This document shows, piece by piece, positions 36,699 through 43,560 of a DNA stretch of 64,000 bases; position 1 is the first letter of the stretch; every line of letters starts with the position of its first letter. The stretch is from positions 64,001-128,000 of the IMG/VR virus record IMGVR_UViG_3300008954_000005; one strand, 5' to 3'. Made by a program: the position numbers and the translations under genes. Source of the DNA: a virus. The notes under the pieces were generated by a model. That model saw only the letters and a list, made by a program, of their open reading frames with translations, searched no databases and was not told the origin of the DNA.

Positions 36699-37780
36699 TG
36701 GCCAAAAAAGATCTAAGCCACCTCATTAAATCGGTACAAAAGCGTCTCGGTGGAGCCGCGACAGTTACCCCCATTACAGAGGTAGAGACCCCGTTTGATA
36801 CGAGGCTCCCTACCGGAATATTATCGCTTGATATCGCGTTAAAAGGCGGGTTGCCCGGTGGCTCAATGATCCAACTTTTCGGGCCAGACGGCGTAGGTAA
36901 AGACTACCTTTCGAACCGAGTGATTGCTGAGGTACAGCGGACACACGGAGACGCAGCTAACATTGCCTGGATGAGCTTCGGATACAAACCGGACCCAGGG
37001 TTCATGGAACTGGCTGGTATTGATCTAGATTGCGGAAACCTACTCTTTGTCGATCTCGCTACCACCGACTCCGATGCACCAGCAGAGACAATGCTGGACG
37101 CCATGCTAGAGATGGTTAAATCCCAGGAGTTCCACTTGTTGATCATCAACGAACTCGGCTCCGGAGAAACGCGACACAATCTAGTTAAAGGCCTGGGCGA
37201 AGACGCAAAAATCGCTACGTGGGCTTCTTTACTTAGTTCCTTCTGTCAGAAGTTCTACTCTGCCATGCGCGTTCCTGGCGAGGACGGCAAGCCCAACCAG
37301 ACTTGTGTAGTCATGATTAACCCGGTTCGGGCAAACATGAACGCGCACAGCGCGAAGTACGTTCCTTACACCCAGCCTGGGGGATACGCCCTCAAGCACG
37401 CAAAAGCTGTAGATATTCACTTGAAGCCGGGTCAGACCCTAAAGAAGGGAACGACAAAAATCGGAAAAGAGATCAAGTGGAAAATCTCAAAAGGCAAGCA
37501 CGGGATTAGCGAGGGTGCTGAGGGGAGCTATAGCTTCATCTTCAACCAAGGCGTAGATTTAGTTCAAGACCTAGCGCGTGCAGCAAAGGCACACGGTGTG
37601 GTTAGGAATAGCGGTCCTGTTTACTATATCCTCGATTACGAGGATAAAATCAAAGGTGGCCTGGATGGGGTAGTCTCAATGTTGAGATCGTCCCCAGAAC
37701 TAGCCGCTGAAGTCCGAGCCGCAGTGCTGGGTAAAACACCCAATGAAGAGGAGCCTTCTGATGATGAAGTACTTACCTGA
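36698..37780 (+). CDS. recA: RecA/UvsX-like recombinase with non-canonical ATPase motifs
   Basis: LPTGILSLDIALKGGLPGG, FGPDGVGK, TQPGGYALKH, KGKHG, GVDLVQDL, G..Y. Confidence 0.88.
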   Translation: MAKKDLSHLIKSVQKRLGGAATVTPITEVETPFDTRLPTGILSLDIALKGGLPGGSMIQLFGPDGVGKDYLSNRVIAEVQRTHGDAANIAWMSFGYKPDPGFMELAGIDLDCGNLLFVDLATTDSDAPAETMLDAMLEMVKSQEFHLLIINELGSGETRHNLVKGLGEDAKIATWASLLSSFCQKFYSAMRVPGEDGKPNQTCVVMINPVRANMNAHSAKYVPYTQPGGYALKHAKAVDIHLKPGQTLKKGTTKIGKEIKWKISKGKHGISEGAEGSYSFIFNQGVDLVQDLARAAKAHGVVRNSGPVYYILDYEDKIKGGLDGVVSMLRSSPELAAEVRAAVLGKTPNEEEPSDDEVLT

Positions 37781-38039
37781 ACCAGCTATTTTCATAGTGT
37801 TAATCTCATTCCTCGTCGTCTCTACCGGTTGGTACCTGTTCTGGATCCAACCAAACGATGCGAAGTTAGCGAAAATACACGCCTGTATGGGCGAAAAATA
37901 CGCCGACCTACAACAAGCCGATGGCGATCTCTGGCGAGTTTACGCTCGCTCTGGAACACTCTCGGCTAGTGCGGCAGGTAATGAGCTAGACCACGCTATT
38001 TACACCTCGTGTGTGAGACAGCTAAATACCGGTAACTAG
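37761..38039 (+). CDS. small membrane protein
   Basis: N-terminal TM helix AIFIVLISFLVVSTGWYLFWI; two Cys. Confidence 0.65.
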   Translation: MMKYLPEPAIFIVLISFLVVSTGWYLFWIQPNDAKLAKIHACMGEKYADLQQADGDLWRVYARSGTLSASAAGNELDHAIYTSCVRQLNTGN

Positions 38040-38040
38040 C

Positions 38041-38808
38041 ATGGCAAGACTCTGTATTCGGATAGGGCCAAAAGCACAACCGCACTATGTAGATGGGTTC
38101 CCCTTCCTTCCTGGGCTGTACTTTCACAAGCCGCCCAAGAAGGCAAAGGGGGGCACAGAGTATTCCATCACGCATATAAAGAGCGGTCTTGCGGTCCTCC
38201 CGAATATAGATGAGCGTCACCTAGAGCTATGCCGAATGATTCTAGGGCGCGTAGACTGGGACAAGGGCGCGGAACAGATTTACAACGACACAACATATGA
38301 CATCGTAATAAAGGAGGCATTAGCTGTGACCACAAACCGCGATGCTAGTAAAAAACAAGAGAAGCGCATCGCGAAAGAACTTGAAGGAAAAACTCAAGCA
38401 GGCTCCGGGTCAGTTTGGGGGTTCAGACGGGATGTGGTGACACCAGAGCTTCTGGTGGAAGCGAAGACAACAACAACGGGGAAATACGCCCTAAGCTTAA
38501 AAGACCTAAAGCACTTGAAATTTCAAGCATATTCAGAAGGTAAAATACCTGCGTACATAATAGAGTTTGCGAGGAAAGGTGAGGTAGCCATAGTCCCATT
38601 TCAGGATCTAGGAGAAGATTTCCTAGAAGAGCTTTCTTCTACTAGGGATATCCCAAGCAAAAAGAAATCTTCAAAGATATTAACTATTTCTCTAGAGATG
38701 GCCGCAGACGTTTTCAATGACGTAGGCGTGCGATTTACCGTTGAGTCGGATGAGTATCTACTGATGAGCTACGAGAATTTCCTCACCTTTGCGAAAAGAG
38801 GTATATGA
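38041..38808 (+). CDS. PD-(D/E)XK nuclease, Holliday-junction-resolvase-like, with extra N-terminal domain
   Basis: KKQEKRIAKEL.G.TQAGSGS....RDV...LLVEAKTT. Confidence 0.75.
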   Translation: MARLCIRIGPKAQPHYVDGFPFLPGLYFHKPPKKAKGGTEYSITHIKSGLAVLPNIDERHLELCRMILGRVDWDKGAEQIYNDTTYDIVIKEALAVTTNRDASKKQEKRIAKELEGKTQAGSGSVWGFRRDVVTPELLVEAKTTTTGKYALSLKDLKHLKFQAYSEGKIPAYIIEFARKGEVAIVPFQDLGEDFLEELSSTRDIPSKKKSSKILTISLEMAADVFNDVGVRFTVESDEYLLMSYENFLTFAKRGI

Positions 38809-38809
38809 A

Positions 38810-39523
38810 ATGGCAAAGAAAAAAGGATTTAGGATTCCAGCACGCTGCCTAAACGAAAAGAAGATAAAAGAGGACGGAGAGTTCTCAGTATTAAAAGAAA
38901 TAGAGCGTATTGACTTCGAATCAAACCTAGAGCCTTGGTCTAGAAGAACCGGTGGGTATCACCCATCCTCTCTTACGCCAACGGCCTGTAAACGTGCTCT
39001 TTGGTACGACCGGACAGGGCAAGAGCCCGAAAGCCGAATCCCATCAGATCTCCGTATGCTGTTTGACATGGGGCACGCGCTTCACGACATGATCCAAGAG
39101 AAGCTTGAGAAGGAGTTCGACGGATTCAACGCCGAGATCCCAATCAGTAACGAAGACCTCCACATCGTGGGCCACTGCGACGGAATATTCCGTGATAGGG
39201 ACTGGCTACTTGAGATCAAAACAGTGGGCGAGAGTGTGTTTAAATCACTTGTTCGGCCCAAGAAAGAGCATATCTACCAAGTACACTGTTACATGTTCTG
39301 CGAGGACGTCCCAAGGACTCAGCTACTTTACGTGGCTAGGGCGACGGGACAGATGCGACTCTTCAAGATTGAGTTCGACAACGACATCTTCCAGGAAATT
39401 GTGAGCATAATAAAGACAGTTGAAGAATTTGTAGAGGCTGGAGAAGCCCCTCCAAAGGAACCAAACAAATGGGTATGTAGAACATGTAAGTTTCAGCATG
39501 TCTGCCAGCCCTTCAGCGAGTAG
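38810..39523 (+). CDS. Cas4-like PD-(D/E)XK exonuclease with Fe-S cluster
   Basis: HPSSL..AC.R.LWY, GHALH, GHCDG, LEIKT, QVHCY, CRTCKFQHVC. Confidence 0.85.
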   Translation: MAKKKGFRIPARCLNEKKIKEDGEFSVLKEIERIDFESNLEPWSRRTGGYHPSSLTPTACKRALWYDRTGQEPESRIPSDLRMLFDMGHALHDMIQEKLEKEFDGFNAEIPISNEDLHIVGHCDGIFRDRDWLLEIKTVGESVFKSLVRPKKEHIYQVHCYMFCEDVPRTQLLYVARATGQMRLFKIEFDNDIFQEIVSIIKTVEEFVEAGEAPPKEPNKWVCRTCKFQHVCQPFSE

Positions 39524-39532
39524 GAGGTGCCT

Positions 39533-40078
39533 ATGGCTGAGAAGGATTTATTCCTTGAATTACGTGAAACACTAGAAAAAGATCTGCGTGCCACGGGTTT
39601 TGCTCCTGATCGGGAGCCACCCAGTGAAGAACCTAGACTACCTGCTGGGTTGAAGGACTTACCGAACGAAGACCTCAAAGAACTCTACGATGATTTCTTG
39701 GCGTTCTTTGAGTATCTTTCTGATCAAGTTGCTAAAGCCAGTAGCTACATGTCCGTCAGTAAAGCGAGACTTGAGGCGGTAACCGCGACGGCAACTCTTG
39801 CATCTGCCAAAGATAAAAAGTTAACCAACGCAGACCTCCGAAAGGCGTACGTCGTAACTGCCTGTTTAGGGGCAAAGCGGGACTACGTTTACTTCAAGGC
39901 AAAGGTAGATGTCCACGATGCTAGGCTAAGAAAGATAAGCAAAAGCATGGACAGAATCGGAAGAGAGCTATGGTTTAGAACACAAGATGAGCCCGAGCGT
40001 AACTCTGAGTTTTCCTTGAGTAAATCAAAGCCAGCAAAGAAATTTGCCGGGGGTTATAAGCCGGTGTCTCGTGAATAA
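39533..40078 (+). CDS. coiled-coil protein, possibly UvsY-like recombination mediator
   Basis: SD AGGAGG; long helical protein within the recombination cluster; function inferred from context. Confidence 0.55.
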   Translation: MAEKDLFLELRETLEKDLRATGFAPDREPPSEEPRLPAGLKDLPNEDLKELYDDFLAFFEYLSDQVAKASSYMSVSKARLEAVTATATLASAKDKKLTNADLRKAYVVTACLGAKRDYVYFKAKVDVHDARLRKISKSMDRIGRELWFRTQDEPERNSEFSLSKSKPAKKFAGGYKPVSRE

Positions 40079-40505
40079 AAATAAGACGGTGTTCACTGCA
40101 GAGTTGACGTTGCTACCACCGTCAGTTAACAATATGTATATCTATACTGCTCGTGGGCCTAGGCCGTCTAGCAAGATGAAACAGTTTAAAGCGAAAGCGT
40201 CTATGGAGATAGCCCAACAACTGTCCTTTGACGGGAGCCCTCTAAACGGAGACAAGCCCCATCGACTAAGTATTTACTACTACCTACCAGCCTTGTTCAA
40301 CAAGGGGTGGCCAACAAAGGCCAAGACCCGATTCAAGCGGCGGGACGTATCAAACTTAGTAAAGGTGTTAGAGGACGTACTGGCCGACTGTTTAGGTATC
40401 GACGATTCTTGTTTCACGGAGGAGTTTATTCAGAAATTAGACGGACCCGCCCATGACTTCGTGGGCATCAAAATAAAAATAGAAGAGCTTAGCGATGAAT
40501 CCTAA
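40071..40505 (+). CDS. rusA: RusA-family Holliday junction resolvase
   Basis: PPSVNNMY, RDVSNLVKVLEDVL..GIDDS. Confidence 0.88.
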   Translation: MNKNKTVFTAELTLLPPSVNNMYIYTARGPRPSSKMKQFKAKASMEIAQQLSFDGSPLNGDKPHRLSIYYYLPALFNKGWPTKAKTRFKRRDVSNLVKVLEDVLADCLGIDDSCFTEEFIQKLDGPAHDFVGIKIKIEELSDES

Positions 40506-40779
40506 AACAGGTAAGGAGGAACTAAGGCACATAGTCCTAGAACAAACAGGAGTCCGTGTGTCTCCATCAACAAAGCTAGAAGACCTACACAGTTTTCTGC
40601 AATTCAACCTAGAGGAAATACCAGAAACGCCTATCAATCAAATGAGAAATAGTCTTATAGCTTTTATTGAAAACAACCGTAGCAGGCTTTCCCTCCCATG
40701 TAATGGTAACTGCTACGAGCATCATGATGGGGTTGTATTATTCTGCTATAAACAACTCCTGGAGGAAGAAAATGGGTAA
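40495..40779 (+). CDS. hypothetical protein
   Basis: 94 aa; LPC.GNC..H....V..CY motif. Confidence 0.65.
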   Translation: MNPKTGKEELRHIVLEQTGVRVSPSTKLEDLHSFLQFNLEEIPETPINQMRNSLIAFIENNRSRLSLPCNGNCYEHHDGVVLFCYKQLLEEENG

Positions 40780-41563
40780 AGTAACAAAGAAAATGTTGAC
40801 CCCGCTCGACCGAGCGGAAATTAGAAAAATCGTAATCGTGGGAATGGGGATGGAACCCCTTGAAGCGTACACCAAGAAAGAGGGCGAAACGATCTCTTGG
40901 ATTCAAGAGCGTGCTGAAGACTTTGCGTCTCTGGACCTAGAGACCATTGGCGCGGAACAGTTCCGACCAAATGTCGTAGCGTACCTACAGCAGTTGCAGC
41001 AATTCATTCTTGGTAACTCCAAGGCTCCCACCTTCCCTACTGGCGGGGCCACGGAAGAGGCAGTGGAAGCTGAAGAAGGCACTGCTGTCACTGTTGAACC
41101 TCCTAAGAAGAGGAAGCGTGGACGTCCCCGCAAAAACCCGGTAGTAGAAACTGCTGCTACTGAAGAAACTGTCGAAGCTGCCCCTGCTAAGCGAAAGCGC
41201 GGTAGGCCACGCAAGACCACTACAGACGCCAAAGCTGCTACTAAGACGGCTACCAAGAAGCAGGAAACCACCGCCAAGAAAAAGAAGGGCGGCTTCCGAG
41301 TAAAGAAGACTGCTGCTGAAGCTGTTGAGGTGGTGAAGGAAGAAATTCCAACCACTACGCCTGAGGTCACCCTTAGTGTGGGTACCGACCTTAATTCCTT
41401 CCTGACGGGGATTGATAGCCTCCGTGGGGAGGTTCAGGCGATGCGTGCTGAGCAAGCGGCGATGTACGCTGATTTGCATGACGCTTTGGTATACATCCTT
41501 AATACGGCGATCATTGAAGACGATGATGACCTTATTAAGGACTTGTCACAACTAAAGAAGTAG
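40772..41563 (+). CDS. AT-hook/histone H1-like DNA-binding protein
   Basis: Two KRKRGRPRK AT-hooks, K/A/T-rich tract, C-terminal coiled coil; SD GGAGG. Confidence 0.8.
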   Translation: MGKVTKKMLTPLDRAEIRKIVIVGMGMEPLEAYTKKEGETISWIQERAEDFASLDLETIGAEQFRPNVVAYLQQLQQFILGNSKAPTFPTGGATEEAVEAEEGTAVTVEPPKKRKRGRPRKNPVVETAATEETVEAAPAKRKRGRPRKTTTDAKAATKTATKKQETTAKKKKGGFRVKKTAAEAVEVVKEEIPTTTPEVTLSVGTDLNSFLTGIDSLRGEVQAMRAEQAAMYADLHDALVYILNTAIIEDDDDLIKDLSQLKK

Positions 41564-41594
41564 TTCTAGGCCCTACCTGATCAGGGCTTAGGTT

Positions 41595-41640
41595 GAAGGG
41601 GGGATCACCATCACGGTGGTCCCCCCTTCTTTTTTAGCTA
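41595..41640 (+). terminator. intrinsic terminator ending the replication block, with TCTTTTTTAGCT tail
   Basis: Stem GAAGGGGGGATCACC/GGTGGTCCCCCCTTC, U-tract, then AGCTA. Confidence 0.85.
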
Positions 41641-42629
41641 CTACCAGTATCGGCACCCGCGTCCAGTCCAGTATCCGGCTCATCAATCACATACCCAATC
41701 TCAACCAAAGAATTACTCGGGGGTATCACCGTAAACAAAACTTTGTTCTCTACCGCGTCATACGTCCAGTCTGAGTTCAATGCGCTATCGATAAATACAC
41801 GAACAGTGTCCACTATTGGGGTATGCGAAAGAGGCCATTCGCTGTGAGGCTCTACTTGTACGCCAGCATCAACAGACCCCTGTGACCAATCCTCTGAGCA
41901 AATATCCAAAACAACGCCAACGAAATGGTTCGTCACGTCAATATACTTGTCACCCGCATGCATCGCAGAGCTATTGCACATAGACTCGGCGGGGTCGAGG
42001 TTCACGATGCTGGCGGCAAACGGAGAGATAGACGTCGTTTGATACCAATAGATGAAGTCTTGGGCCGTCGCCATAGTTACGCTCTGGTCATCTTCGTCAG
42101 ACACAAACACAACTAGAAGCGCCGCATCATCTCGCATCCATGTGAGCGAGTATGGATTTGACATTACATAGTGGTACACAGCGTCAAGCCCAGCCTCAAG
42201 GTGCCCACTAGCCATATTATTCAGCATGTCTGTCGCATCCTGAACAGTGTCTCCAGGCACCAGAGGGAACTGGTTCTCAATAGAGGCAGCAGTCGGGTCC
42301 GCTGGAATTATTGCAAGACGCCATCCAGACGGTGGTAAGGCGTTCATCATGGCCCCTATACCCGCGAGTAGATTGGGCTCATCATTCTGCATGGATCCAG
42401 ACTGGTCAACCACCCACAGGATGTCTACGCCGTCAACCGACCCAGGCTGGGTAAAGGAATCTACCCATACATTCCCCCCTGGAACCTCCTCTTCAATATA
42501 GACGGGCACCTCCACGGGCACCTCGACTATATTTTCGTAGGTTAAGTAGTGGTCAGATCCACATCCGATCTGACTCGGTATTAATAGGCCGGTCGCTGTA
42601 AGCAATGTAGTAATAACCTGTCTTCCCAT
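41634..42629 (-). CDS. vWA-domain lipoprotein
   Basis: Signal peptide with lipobox-like QIGC; MIDAS DILWVVDQSGSM; E.GL.A; LLVVFVSDEDDQS; DICSEDW. Confidence 0.8.
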   Translation of the reverse strand: MGRQVITTLLTATGLLIPSQIGCGSDHYLTYENIVEVPVEVPVYIEEEVPGGNVWVDSFTQPGSVDGVDILWVVDQSGSMQNDEPNLLAGIGAMMNALPPSGWRLAIIPADPTAASIENQFPLVPGDTVQDATDMLNNMASGHLEAGLDAVYHYVMSNPYSLTWMRDDAALLVVFVSDEDDQSVTMATAQDFIYWYQTTSISPFAASIVNLDPAESMCNSSAMHAGDKYIDVTNHFVGVVLDICSEDWSQGSVDAGVQVEPHSEWPLSHTPIVDTVRVFIDSALNSDWTYDAVENKVLFTVIPPSNSLVEIGYVIDEPDTGLDAGADTGSS

Positions 42630-42635
42630 ATTTAG

Positions 42636-42641
42636 ATTATA
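42636..42641 (-). promoter_or_regulatory. TATAAT -10 box, 6 nt upstream of ATG (probable leaderless transcript)
   Basis: Minus strand ccaTATAATctaaatATG; no SD. Confidence 0.5.
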
Positions 42642-42675
42642 TGGAACGCGCTAATACTTGAAGAAGACCATTCCG

Positions 42676-42767
42676 ATAATAATTTTTATTATTTAATAAT
42701 TACAGCGTAATAAAATACCCATTATCACTACGTAATAAATGCCCAAAAAGTGCAAAAATAGGGGTGT
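42676..42767. repeat. AT-rich intergenic element with an inverted repeat and a direct repeat
   Basis: ATAATAA-TTT-TTATTAT (42676-42692); CGTAATAAA(A)TRCCC twice (42706-42720, 42731-42744). Confidence 0.55.
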
Positions 42768-42787
42768 TTTTAGGGATAAGAATAGTG
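42768..42787 (+). promoter_or_regulatory. putative phage-RNAP promoter, copy 3 (TTTTAGGGATAAGAATAGTG)
   Basis: Matches the motifs at 19043 and 23119; heads a two-gene plus-strand unit. Confidence 0.7.
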
Positions 42788-42847
42788 AAGGGAAGCAATA
42801 GGTGTTTCTCTCGTAAAACCCTTTTTGTCCTTTAGGAGGAATGTCTC

Positions 42848-43027
42848 GTGGGTAATACTTTTCGAATCATTGGTCAGGTGTTTTTGACCGTCGTCGCAGT
42901 CGACGTAGCTATCAAGGCCTATCGCGGTCTGGCTAGCGTCGGTACCGATGCTGCCAACATCATCGAGGCGAAGTATCGCAATCGTGCGAACCGTGCTCTC
43001 GAAGCTGTTGGTGCGGACCCCCGGTAG
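42848..43027 (+). CDS. 59-aa protein with N-terminal hydrophobic helix (below the ORF-track cutoff)
   Basis: SD AGGAGG then GTG; MGNTFRIIGQVFLTVVAVDVAIKAYRGLASVGTDAANIIEAKYRNRANRALEAVGADPR*. Confidence 0.7.
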   Translation: MGNTFRIIGQVFLTVVAVDVAIKAYRGLASVGTDAANIIEAKYRNRANRALEAVGADPR

Positions 43028-43085
43028 TCGTTGAATTCTCAACGGCTTTTCTTTCAACGCAACTCAACCCATTAAGGAGGGAAAT

Positions 43086-43496
43086 ATGTTGCAAGCAATC
43101 AGGCCTGCTGGTCAGGCCATCATTCAGAACCGAACTGTTCAACAGTTCGTCCTTGCCGTAGGATGCGGCGTCACCACGCTCTACACGATCCGTGCACTAG
43201 ATAATCTAGGCGCACGTCGTCGTCGGTGGGCGAGCAATCGTCAGGCCCTGAAGGCCCAACGACAGGCTGCGAAGCTGGCAAAGGCTGAAGAAGCGAAGGC
43301 TGTTGAAGCCTCCACTGCTACTCCCGAGCCGGTGACGGAGGCTGTTGTTTCCGACGCTGTTCAGACCGTCATGGAGGGTGCAAGCTTTAACGAGCTTCGC
43401 GCTGCTGCCAAGTCGCACGGTCTGGATGTTGGTCCTCACCCGACCAAGGAAGCGTTGGCTCGCGCCATCGTGGAGTTCCAAACCGCCTCAGCATAA
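43086..43496 (+). CDS. membrane-anchored protein with C-terminal Rho-N/HeH (SAP/LEM-like) domain
   Basis: SD AAGGAGG; hydrophobic FVLAVGCGVTTLYTI; basic coiled linker; SFNELRAAAKSHGLDVGPHPTKEALARAI. Confidence 0.75.
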   Translation: MLQAIRPAGQAIIQNRTVQQFVLAVGCGVTTLYTIRALDNLGARRRRWASNRQALKAQRQAAKLAKAEEAKAVEASTATPEPVTEAVVSDAVQTVMEGASFNELRAAAKSHGLDVGPHPTKEALARAIVEFQTASA

Positions 43497-43520
43497 TCTT
43501 ATTCTGAGGAAGACAGTCAG

Positions 43521-43560
43521 AAAGAGGAGGGGGGTAACACCCCCTTCTCTTTTTTAGCTA
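43521..43560 (+). terminator. intrinsic terminator with TCTTTTTTAGCT tail
   Basis: Stem AAAGAGGAGGGGG/CCCCCTTCTCTTT, U-tract, then AGCTA. Confidence 0.85.

Noticed and set aside
38810-39523. Cas4-like gene as a sign of a CRISPR-Cas system
   Set aside because: I saw no repeat-spacer array or other cas genes; solo Cas4-like exonucleases are common in phage recombination clusters.
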